A stretch of 64,000 bases of DNA from the human T2T-CHM13v2.0 reference genome, Homo sapiens, in assembly GCF_009914755.1 (NCBI RefSeq), contig NC_060929.1. One strand, written 5' to 3'. Positions 12,721-25,923 of the stretch are shown piece after piece. Below the pieces are notes generated by a model. That model was not told where the DNA came from. It did not search any database and saw only the letters and a list, made by a program, of their open reading frames with translations. The stretch's first letter is position 1; the number at the start of each line of letters is the position of its first letter. The translations under genes and the position numbers were made by a program.

Positions 12721-13715
12721 GTTGAGGAATGTAGTGAATTGGGAACTGATCATAATCCTGCAAGACACAACACCAAATGCCATAACTCTGAATGTTGAAA
12801 TCCTGAAAAATCAAAATCCTGAAAATAGAATTCTGAAAAAATCATTTTAAAATTCGTTAAAAGACATTTATTTATAGATTTAAAGGGAGTTTAATTGAGA
12901 GACATATCAAAACATGTCAGGACACTTTACAGGTCACTTGCCACAGTAAGATAGGCAATAAAAACGTACACATTTTTGCAAGCATAAACACTCAGGTACA
13001 CTAATGACAGTCGCACGAGTGTAACAGTTACGCGCAGATGAACTATATTCATGAAGAAATAGGTCAAAAAGGGAAATCTACAAATGCATATCGCTATGGT
13101 TGTTAATTGTGTGCACCCAGCTTTCTAACTGCGGCCATCTGAAATACCATGACAGACAATCTGAGTCTTTTGACAAGATCAATAAAAAACTGCAATGGGT
13201 CACCACTGCATATACAGTCACCCAAAGAACCGAGATCTTGAGAAATTTTATCTTTCACAAATGCACATGTACAAAAAGGACTTCTCTTCATTTATTGAGG
13301 AAGTTTCAATGCTTTTACATACACGCATTATGCTTACAAAGTCCACGTTGTGATAATGCACTTCTGTGGAGTCAGATTTGCAAAAACACATGAAACTAAT
13401 TAGGACTCTCTAAAAGTCTTTACATAATTCCAGTATTGGAAATGATGTGAAGATGATATGAAAACTGTATTACAGGGATAGATTATGGGCAATTACACAG
13501 AGGTAGTCCATAAGAGCTGGCCAACTTTCACAATCATTCACTATATTTTGACGTCTTGCATAAAAATGAAAAGCTGTTTTTTTCTTTCTTTTAGCGTATG
13601 GCTCTGCTTGGAGAATACATCACACTCATTTCCTATGTGGCACTGCTCTTTCTGAAATTCTTCTGTGATTCTATATACATGGCCATGAACCTTCCCTATT
13701 AAATGTTCCCATCTT

Positions 13716-14218
13716 TTTTTTAACTTTTATTTTAGGTTTAAGGGTACCTGTGCAGGTTTGTTATATAGGTAAATTTTGTGTCACAAGGGTCTGGTGTGCA
13801 CATTATTTCATCACCCAGGTAACAAACGTAATACCTGATAGATACATTTTTTTATCCTCTTGCTCCTCCCTCAGGCAGGCCCCAGTATTTAGTGTTCCCT
13901 TCTTTGTGTCCATGTGTTCTCAGTGTTTAGCTCCCACTTATAAGTGAGAACATGTGGTATTTGATTTTCTATTCCTGCATTAGTTCACTTAAGATAATGA
14001 CCTCCAGCTTCCATCCATGATGCTGCAAAGGACATGATCTCTCTCTTTTTTTAATGGCTGCATAGTATTCCATGGTGTATATGTGCTACATCTCCTTTAT
14101 CCAGTCTGCCATTGATGGGCATTTAGGTTGATACCATGTCTTTGCTATTGTGACTAGTGCTGCAATGACACTGCAATGACACATGCATGTGTCTTTATGG
14201 TAGAACTATTTATATTCC
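13716..14218 (-). mobile_element. 5'-truncated L1 (L1PA15/16-like 3' UTR) inside Ricksha
   Basis: L1 3' UTR sequence; TSD AAAT(G/T)TTCCCATCTT at 13701-13715 and 14219-14233. Confidence 0.85.
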
Positions 14219-14454
14219 AAATTTTCCCATCTTCTGTGCCATGTTTTTATGGTGTCTTGGGCTCACGGAAATTCATTCCACACCCACTCATATACAGACC
14301 ACAGATTTGGTAGAAATAACGCTGGTGATTGAACAGCAACACCATTGTGTAAGTGTCTTCTTATCCTACTGTGCACATAATTACTTTTGAACAGGTCAGT
14401 GATTTCACTAGCTTCTTCAGGCAAATGCGACTTTAATTCATGAAACGCTCCTAA

Positions 14455-14846
<392 letters not shown>

Positions 14847-15322
14847 CATATTTTTAAACTGAAGTTGTCGTTGTTGCCATATCTTGTGGCCAATCCACTC
14901 ATCTGAATTTTCTGCCAAATGCAGTGGGCTGAATGAAAAAAAATAAACTGCATTGCTAATACCTTGAAATTCACTTTTAGAAGCTTGATCACACCTAATT
15001 CCAAATCTGTCAGTATGGTTTGAAGATTCAGTTGAAATCCATTTTCTTTTGCAAAGTCCACTGAATCTTCAAATCAGCATTGATAAAGTGCTTCACTTTT
15101 TCCAGTCATTAATATACACATAAGCAGATATATTCTAGAAATTTCAGACCTAACAGGGACATGAATTGTATATAGTTGATCTTTTTTAAAAAAACAGTCA
15201 GGACATTTTGAAAGTGCCATTCATTGGCCAAAGTGAAGCATGTGCTAGGTATTCTGTTAGATTTAGAGTTAATATAAGAAGTCTATCTTCTTTGACAGTC
15301 AAACCTCTTATTGAGAATAGCT

Positions 15323-15759
<437 letters not shown>

Positions 15760-16016
15760 TTAAGGCAAGCATGGCGCTATATGGGAAGGGGCAGAAGTTG
15801 TACACAATTGAATAATTTGGCAGGAGAGGGTTCTTGTATTTTTCACCTGTGTCTTCACTTCTTTGATATTTGAAATACTCTCTGCACTTGTACTTGGAGA
15901 GTGGTTGTGGTCTACACATTCTGCAAGTATATGTTGTACATTTGAGTGGTTATTACTCGGCCATTGCAATTAAGTGATATTCTGCTTTTGCAGCACCAAT
16001 AACAACTCATTTTTAA

Positions 16017-16313
16017 TCTTTTTTTTTCTTTTGAGATGGAGTTTTGCTCTTTCACTCAGGCTGGAGTGAAGTGGTGCGATCTCTGCTCACTGCAACATCT
16101 ACCCCTTGGGTTCAAGCGATTCTCCCACCTCAGCCTCCCGAGTAGCAGGATTATAGATGCCCGCCATCAGGCCCGGCTAATTTTTGTATTTTTAGTAGAG
16201 ACAGCGTTTTGCCATGTTGGCCAGGCTGGTTTCAAACTCCTGACCTCAGGTGATCCACCCGCCTTGGCCTCCCAAAATGGTAGGATTATAGGCGTGAACC
16301 ACCGTGGCTGGCC
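16017..16313 (-). mobile_element. Alu (S-like) inside Ricksha
   Basis: TSD CATTTTTAA at 16008-16016 and 16314-16322. Confidence 0.9.
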
Positions 16314-16464
16314 CATTTTTAAACTTTTATCTTTTACCTTAAGTAGCCTTATACACTTCACTATCATGGCCTTTTTGCGAGGGAACAATTTCACAGATCC
16401 CTTCCATTGTGTTGTAAGAAACACAATAAAAAGAAATGCTATTCTGTTTCCCTAATACCAAATC

Positions 16465-17075
16465 TGTATTAGTCAGCGTTCTCTAGAGAGATAGAACCCG
16501 TTGGATGCGCATGTAGATATATGAGAGATTTATTAGGCGGATTGACTCACATGATTACAGTGGCTGAGAAGTCTTGCAACAGGCCGTCTACAAGCTGGAG
16601 ACCCTGGGAGGCTGGTAGCATGACTCAGGCAGAAAGCCCCAGGACCCAGGGGCCACTGGTGTAAGTCCTAGAGTCCAAAAGCTGGCAAGCCTGGAGTTCT
16701 GATGCTCAAAGCAGCAGAAAAGTCTGTCCCAGCTCTCAGAGAGAGACCATTTGCCTTCTGTATTTGTTTTCTCCTGGCCCCCTGCCTATTAGATGATGCC
16801 CACCAACATTGAGGGCAGATCTTCCCTACCTATTCCACTCAGACCCACACACAGATCTCCTCTAGAAACACCCTCACACATACACACCCGACATAATGCT
16901 ATATTAGGTTTCTAGATAGCCCTTCATCCAGTCAAGTCGATACCTAAAATTAAGTCCATAAGTCCACCCCTTGTCAACTTGGCACCAAGACACATCTCCA
17001 GAAACCATATCTAATTTCCAAATAAAGACAACAACAAGGTAATAGTTTTGTCTAACATAATGCAACCATCCCATG
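16465..17075 (-). mobile_element. MLT2B-like ERVL LTR plus adjacent ERVL internal sequence carried by Ricksha
   Basis: TGTATTAGTCAG LTR end at 16465; AGTCCACCCCTTGTCAACTTG (polypurine-tract side) at 16961. Confidence 0.8.
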
Positions 17076-17393
17076 ATTGTGATTTTAGGGACTTTAGATA
17101 TTAGAGATTTAGACTTCAGGGATTTTAATCTTTTGGGACTTTAACATTCAGGATTATCATGTTTGAGATTGTATCTTGCAAGATAATGATCCAAACTCCA
17201 GTGAATTAACACTTCCCCTTAACTGTATCGGAAAGGGTCTGATTTCCCTTCCTAGCCACCATGGTGCTGAGCACAGCATTTTGTACACAATAAACACTCA
17301 TACGTTTTTGAGAAAAGAGAGCGGCAGACACAGACACAGCCCTTACAGAGCTAGTGATGGAGGAGGGCAGACCCAGGCAGCACAATTCTTTAC

Positions 17394-18041
17394 TGTATTT
17401 GTCCATTTTCACACTGCTGATAAAGACATACCCGAGACTGGGCAGTTTACAAAACAAAGAGGTTATTGGGGCTGGGCCCAGTGGCTCACGCCTGTAATCC
17501 CAGCACTTTGGGAGGTGGAGGTGGGCAGATCATCTGAGGTCAGGAGTTCGAGACCAGCATGGCCAACATGGATAAACCCCATCTCTACTAAAAATACAAA
17601 ATTTGCTGGGCATGGTGGCAGGCACCTGTAATCCCAGCTACTCAGGAGGCTGAGGCAGGAGAATCTCTTGAACCAGGGAGGCAGAGTTTGCAGCCCAGAT
17701 GTCACCACTGTACTCCAGCCTGGGTGACAGAGCAAAACTCTGTCTCAAAAAAGAAGTTATTGGACTCACAGTTCCACATGGCTGGGGAGGCCTCACAATC
17801 ATGGCAGAAGGTGAAAGGCACTTCTTACGTGGCAGCAGCAAGAGAGAAGAGTGCTTGTCTAGGGAAACTCCCGTTTTTAAAACTATCAGATCTCGCAAGA
17901 CTCATTTGCTATCATGAGAACAGCATGGGAAAGACCTGGCCCCATGATTCAATTATCTCCCACCAGGTCCTTCCCACAACACATGGGAACTATGGGAGCT
18001 ACAAGACGAGATTTGTGTGGGGACGCAGCCAAACCATATCA
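17394..18041 (-). mobile_element. THE1 (MaLR) solo LTR with an Alu (about 17470-17752, +) inserted
   Basis: TGTATTTGTCCATTTTCACACTGCTGATAAAGACATACCC...CCAAACCATATCA; Alu TSD ends GTTATTGG. Confidence 0.85.
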
Positions 18042-18888
18042 CTCCCCTAACATTTTCCAGGGCCCTGCCCGGGTGCTGTCAGGTGGGCAGAGAGTAGCAA
18101 CCCTGTTCACAGCTGGGGCATCAGGGATCTCAGCCACACAGCAAGTTAGTGGCACAACTGGGCCAAAAGCTTGGCCTCCTGGTTCAGTTCCCTTCTAAAT
18201 CCTTTACCTATCATTCAGGAAGAATGCTGGGTTTGGACTGCGCATGCACACAATTGCACACAATACTCTGGACATAAACAAGAAAAATGGTAGTGGCGGG
18301 AAGTTGATCATGGTTGGGAGAAGACAATTATCTTTTTTTTTAATCTCTGTAAGAAATAATAAAGAAACAAATTTGGGTGGGTGGGACAGCCTTGTGGAAC
18401 AAATTTACGAAGTTAGTTCCCAGCATGTGGCACAAGGTTCCTGAGTGTGTTAATGACTGTGAACACTGCTGTGTTTGTTGAGTGAATTGTGGATGGTGGG
18501 ATTTTGTGTCAGGTGGGTTTGATTAGCTGTGGCTGTCACCCTGTGAGTTAATAATAGGGCCGGGACTCCCGCAGTCCTCACCTCCTGGTTTCTGAGGACA
18601 GTGTTGTTTCTAATACCCCAGGTGCATGTGCTCAGTGGCAGGAATTTTTGCCAGCTGCAAAATGACCAGGGTTGGGTGGCAGACAGAGGATGTTGGATTT
18701 AGGTCAGGGGTTTGGTGGATTGGTGCTGCATCCATTCCAACCTTCATTACTGCAGAGCCTTGTAAGCTAAAAACTACATTTCCCAGACTTCCAGTGGTTC
18801 TGGAGGGAGGTTACCTTCCTGCTTCTTCACAGTAGCTACTGGCAAGCACCCCTATATGGGTTTGTCCACATCAGTGGTCCCTTACACA

Positions 18889-19341
18889 TGTTTAGGGTTG
18901 AACTATGTCCCCCCTCCCCAAATTTCTATGTTTAATTCCCAGTCCTCAACACCTCAGAATTTGACCTTATTTGGAAACAGGGTTGCCACAGATGTAATTA
19001 GTTAATATGAGGTCAGACTGGATTAGGGTGGGCCCCTAATCCAATATGACTTATAAAAAGAGTACCTTTGGAAACAGCACACACAGGGAAAACACCATGA
19101 GAAGATGAAAGCAGATATCAGGGCGATACATCTACAAGCCAAGAAAGGCCAAAGATTGCCAGCAAGCCGCTAGAATCTAGGAGGCCTGGAACAGATTCTC
19201 TCTCACAGCCTTAGAAGGAGCCAGTTCTGCTGACACTTATCTCGGACTTCTAGCCCCCAGAGCTGTGAGATAAATTCCCATCATTTAAGCCACCCTGTCT
19301 GGATGGAGTATTTGGTTACAGCAGCCCTGCCTGACTGACAC
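18889..19341 (+). mobile_element. MLT1B/C MaLR LTR
   Basis: TGTTTAGGGTTGAACTATGTCCCC...GTTACAGCAGCCC. Confidence 0.8.
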
Positions 19342-19455
19342 AACCGGTCGCTGGCTTTGTGGGTGTGGCAGAGGCAGGAGTGACCTCCTAACCCTGGACA
19401 CAGCTGCAGCAGTGTATTCTTCACATGACAGTGGAGCTCCCCCTCCAGAGTCCAC

Positions 19456-19946
19456 TGTAGTCAGAGTTATCCAGCTAAACAGAGCCAACGGGATATATAG
19501 AGACACAGAAGAGGAGAGTTATCTCGGAAATTGGCTTACATGATTATAAAGGCCAGCAAGTCCCACGTTTTGCCACCTGCAAGCTGGAGGACCAGGAAAG
19601 CTGCTGGTATGACTTAGTCCAGGTTCAAAGGGCTGGAGCCAGGGGTGCCACTGGTGTAAGTCCCAGAGTCCCAAGGAGCAAGAACCAGGAGCTCTGATGT
19701 CTGAAGCCAGAAGAAGACACATGTTCCAGCTCAAGAAGAGAGAATTCACCCCTCCTCCACCCTTTTGTTCTAGTCAGGCTCTCGATGGACTAGATGCTGC
19801 CCCTCTGCATTGGCAAAAAGCGATCTGCATTGAAAAGCCAATCTCTTCCAGAAACACACCAACAGACACATCCAGGAGCAATGCTTTACCAGCTATCTGG
19901 GCATCCCATAGCCCAATCAAATTGATACATAAAATTAACCATCACA
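19456..19946 (-). mobile_element. MLT2 ERVL LTR
   Basis: Ends AAATTGATACATAAAATTAACCATCACA. Confidence 0.8.
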
Positions 19947-20254
19947 TCACTTCTGATGGCAGTAGAGGTAGCATCTGCCTTGACAGGACAATTTTGTGGT
20001 TTTCAAAGTCATTCCCAAGGGTCCTTTCTAGGGCCCACTTCTCTAATTTTCCTAATTGCATAAGCTTCCGATTCCCTGTAGTAAATCCCTTTCTGCTCAA
20101 ATGAGCAGGAATAATTGCTTTCCTGCACATGGACCCTGACTGGTAAGACTTGATTAGACAATGGACACTGAATTAAATTTTCAATTTTTCACAGTTGCCA
20201 TACATAAATTCTAAAACAAAGTAAGCTGTCAAGGTCTCGTGGTATGCCTTTTTA

Positions 20255-20614
<360 letters not shown>

Positions 20615-21566
20615 TGTGATAATTGCCTAAAAACAAGAAATGCTCAATGAAAATCAAGACAAAAATCAAATACAGAAAACTATAGTGAAGTAAGCCCAAA
20701 TCACCCCAAATTCCCTCCACCCAGAGATAACTTCTCTTCTTATTTTGTTGAACGTTCTTTCACACATCGAACGGTGCATTTTACATGCACGGTCACATGT
20801 GTTACCCTGCACTGTTCAGGGTGCAATTAGTGTGGCCCGGTTTTCCTTGAAACTTCAAGTGTTCAAGCCCCATGTGCTGGTGATAGCAGGAAGTCCAGCA
20901 TGCAGCCCAGCTGCTCTCTACAGGGTTTTCACTGCCTCCCTCTTACACACAGAGGGTTCCCGTACAGGCGTCTTGGAAGGAGGTGTCCAGACCCATGTGG
21001 TCTTGTATCAGTGCACTGACCATGGTGGAAGGACATGAATAACCGAGCAGGAGCTAATCTTGGTGAGTAATATTCGAGTTGTCAGTCAGGTTCACTACTC
21101 CCAAAGCAGCCACGGTAGTGGAAGACGGTGCTCCCCCTAGACCAGAGAAGGGCTCCAAGCCAACCACCCAGGGCCCTTCAATGCAAGCCTTTCCCACAAA
21201 GATTTGGGAGGACTGGGCTACACCATTGTTCCCCTTCCCATAACCATTCTTCCCTGGCGATCAACATAAAAGGTGTGTTACATCCTTCTCTCAGGACAAT
21301 GAGTTAATTCACCCTCCCCTGCCATTCCCAAAGATACTACCTTTGGGCACTCCACAGTGACTTCCTGTCCTGGCCTATCTGTGAAGTAGATTAGGGAAGA
21401 GACAACACACAAATTCAACCTCCAGCAGGGCGCCTTGCTACTCTCACACTTACCCTCTCCTGACACACACATACGTACACATCATTTGACTTAAAAGGGA
21501 TTATACAATTTATCTTCTTTAATACCATGCTTTTAAAAAAAAAAAAAAAAAAAGAACAAAAACTCG

Positions 21567-21871
<305 letters not shown>

Positions 21872-21892
21872 TCAATAGCAAGTTGTAGACAG

Positions 21893-22395
<503 letters not shown>

Positions 22396-25370
22396 TGATT
22401 TTTAACTCAGGGGTTATGGGCCTTTTCAATATAAAATTGTTTCCCAACTGGCCACCTCTGAGCTGAGCCTCCTGGGTAGAATTAGTGTGAATTCAGGGTT
22501 GGAGATTAGGGACAGGTTGGGAGGTGAGAACAGAAAGGGTGAAGTGAAGTCCATACGATCTCAGGGCTGGGAAGGGACTTGCCAAGTTGTCCAGCCTCTG
22601 CTTGCATTCCCTTAATAACAGGGAACTCACCACTTTACCAAGACAGCTTGTTAGCCCACTTCATCCTTGGTTAGTTCCACTGGCTTAAAAAGTATTTCCC
22701 ATGTGGATCTAGATTCCATCTTCCTAAAGGTTCCAACTGTACCAATTCAAGGTCTTCCTTGGTCACTCTGTAGAGAAGTAGAGCCGGCTCTCCCAGGGCC
22801 CATGAGTCCTCTATTCTCCTGGACAGGGTCCCCCTCCCCCTGACTAAATACACCATCTGAAAACACAGGACTCAACGATGCAAACTCACTCTCATACTCA
22901 GCTCCTAACAGGAACCTCCCTTCACCTCCCAAGAAGCCTTACTCACACATACCAAGCCGCAGTCTGTCGACCTGTTTTCTCTAGGAATGGAGGGATTTCA
23001 AGGCTGCCTCTCCCAGTCTGGAAAGAAAAGCCACTTCACAGAATGAGTTGTTCATAATGTAAAGTGTTCATAACTCCCAAGAGACAGTATGGGCAGGAAA
23101 TAGAAACAGCTTCCAAATATTTGAGACAGATTTATGGACACTGAGTCACAAATGGCTGCCATATACTTCGCCTTTTGAGCTAGTCTGGTGGCAGAACACC
23201 TCTCTCCTGATATTCAAGGACCTGTCTCCAGGTCGCTTCAGTTCCTTGTCTTGCCTCTCGCAATGGGCTTTCTGCTGACCAAGCCCATTGACTCATGGGC
23301 GTAGCCGACTAAAGCACTCGGCCAGGTGCAGAGTTTTTGGGCATTTCAATGGTGGGGGTCTCCCCACAGCTTGCACTGCTAGTTTTTCTGTTTGTTCTTG
23401 ATGACGAACTCTCTACTGTTTATACAGTAGCAGAACTCACAGAAGCATAACTTACGTTTCACAGCCTCCAGAGTGGACTTTACATAAACACGATGTTTCT
23501 GTTAGGCCGGCTTTATCTTCCCTCTAGAGTCTGTCAGTGGTGCTTTGGAGTATTCGACTGGGCCACTGTGCAGGGTTGGGGAGTGGTGTCACAAGCCTTC
23601 CCTAACCCACCATCTCTGACCTGCACCCCAGGGCATGCACATGAACGGAATTCATCTTCTTGGTTTGGAAAAGAAGGGGATGACATTAGTGGCGAAACCT
23701 CCGTGTAGAGCTCTCGCACCGCAACTCTGAGTCATAGCTTACATCGATCAAGCACTCACTCTGAAGCAGGCTCGGGGCTAAACCTTCACAACCATTGACT
23801 CTGTGCTACAGAGGAGACAGTGATCTTCACAGAAGTTAGTTCCCAGAGGGCTTTCCCCAGCCCCACCATTGGGAGCAGAGGGGCAGGGCTGAGCCCAGTC
23901 TCACTAGAGTCCTGCTCACACCTTCCTCCAGGACTGCACGGGCCACCTCGCCCAGCCCTCATGGCAATGCTGAAGGCAGGTGTGATTCTCGCCATTTTAC
24001 CCAAGGGGAAAGGGAGGCACCGGGGGAAAGGGAGGCTGGGAGCGGCAGACCTCACAGCTAGGAAGTGGCCAAGGCACGAAGAAGCCCACCGGCCTTTCAA
24101 CACCAACAGAATTCTTTCCTCAGAAGGAATGAGGGAGGGTGGAGGGGTAAGGACATGGCATTTTTAATCCTCCTGTTGGACTGGGAGGCTCTCAAGGTCA
24201 GGGACAGTGTCTGATTCAGCACCCCACCCCCTCGGGCCCTCAACTGGCCCCACTCAGGATGTCACAAGGCCCCGTGTGCTGCTGGAGGGGGTCCCAGGGT
24301 CGGTGACAGGCAGACCACAGCCTCTGGCCTGGAAGGAGGAGAGAGGGATTGGCAGGCCCATCCAGGCTGGGGGTCTGAGGAACTGTGAATGAGGCCGTGA
24401 ACAGAGACCGCTGGGGTCCAGCAGGCCTGGCTGCAGAAGGGAAGCTCTGCGCAGTGGAAGGCAGGACCCGGTGGCAGCCCTGGGAGCAGGCCCCGCTGGC
24501 CCCTGGGAGAAGACCTCCATGGGCCTCAGCACGACACTCCTAGGCTGGCAGCCGAGGCCTGGTTCACGTGATCCCTTGATTTGTGTTTTCTGACCTTTCT
24601 TCACAGACACTCTAGGAAGCCTGGGGACACAGAGCCTGCCAGGGGAAGTCACACTCTCATGAAAGAGCTAGCCAGCAAGAAACTAGAACCGTGGACATGT
24701 AAGATAGGCACATGCGTGGCGAGTCCGAAGCGGGAAGCAAGCAGAGGGTGTGACAGAATACTGAGGGGGCCAGGGAATGGCTCTTCCAGAGGAGACTTCT
24801 GAGTGGGAGACAGGAGCAGGGGAAGGAGCAGCATGAGCTCTGGGAAGAAGGCATTTTTGGCAGCGAGCAATGCAAGTGCAAAAGCCCTGAGGCATGAAAA
24901 ACACTAAAGAATCTGTAGGAGGCCAAGGTGGCCAAGCAAAAGGAGAAAGAGGGACTCCGGCAAGAGATGGGCATTTCTCAGGACTGCGGTGGCAGGGAAA
25001 AGAGAGCCCCCTGAAGGACATTCCACATTCAAACCCCTGCCCTGTGGTGACCCTGCCAGGTGGCTGGGTCAGGATCTTCCCTGTCAGGCCCAGGCCTCGT
25101 TTGCATGATGATGGGAGTAGCTTCCCACGGTCTGGGCTCTCCTTCCCCATGTTCTCCTGTTCCCCCAATTCCCATCACCCAGATTCCAGGAGCCAGGACT
25201 GGTGTCTCCCCTACTGGAGGTTCCCAGAAAGTCTCAGAACTCCCACTGCAGTCCTGGGACACAGGGGCTGGGGGAGGAAGGAAATTCTCACACAGCTTTC
25301 TCCCAGGGAGTTTGCTCTTGTTCCCAGGCTGACAACTGGCAACCCTCAGAACTCTGTTCCCCACCCCCTT

Positions 25371-25412
25371 CCTCCTCCTCCTCCTCCTCCTCCTCCTCCT
25401 CCTCCTCCTCCT
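25371..25412. repeat. (CCT)14 trinucleotide repeat
   Basis: Counted directly. Confidence 0.95.
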
Positions 25413-25599
25413 CTCCCTGCCTCCCTCTCTCCCCTGCCCCCCTTCTCAGGCTTAATGACTTCCACATGGGCCTCTGGTGGCTGGAGCCAAGGCTCCCAGC
25501 ATTGTCTGAAATCTCCAAATTTAGAAGAAATATGAAAATTGTCAACCACTCCTTCCTTAGGGGGTAAAAGCAACATTCAGCACCGGGGGCAGGTCAAGG

Positions 25600-25810
25600 C
25601 AAGGTAGTCACGTGGGGGGTGCCTGGGCCAATGGGGGGCCCTGGGAGGGCTCAGCACCCGCCTCGCCCCAATACGGGGCTTGCCTCTTCAGCTCATATAA
25701 GGTAAAAGGCAGAGTGGCCTCTGTGGCCAGGGAGCCGCAGGCAAGGGACTAAGGGGAGGGGGGCTCAGTGCCAGCTGCTTAAAAATGCCCCTGTGGCAGC
25801 GAGGGGCACC
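25600..25810 (+). promoter_or_regulatory. CARMN promoter
   Basis: E-box CACGTG 25609, CCAAT 25628 and 25668, CArG-like TCATATAAGG 25693-25702, CAGCTG 25772, TATA-like TTAAAAA 25779, followed by an exon with a strong donor. Confidence 0.65.
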
Positions 25811-25923
25811 AGAGGCTGGGTCTAATTAGTTGAGAAGCAGTGACACCCCCAACCACTCCCCAAACAGGCTGGCTCCCGTCTCCAGGCCCCAAGGAGCCAC
25901 ACCTGGACCAGACCCCAGGAAAG
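25810..25923 (+). ncRNA. CARMN: CARMN first exon (TSS approximate)
   Basis: Donor AAG|GTAAGC at 25923/25924. Confidence 0.7.

Larger units (their letters stand above)
18690..20140 (+). mobile_element. LTR16-like ERVL LTR split by two younger LTRs
   Basis: AAAACTACATTTCCCAGACT and TAAATCCCTTTCTGCT...ACCCTGACTGGTA segments flank the inserts. Confidence 0.55.

Noticed and set aside
24894-25535. Longest ORF (213 aa) with a poly-proline run
   Set aside because: The poly-Pro comes from the CCT repeat; no recognisable domain; lies upstream of the CARMN promoter
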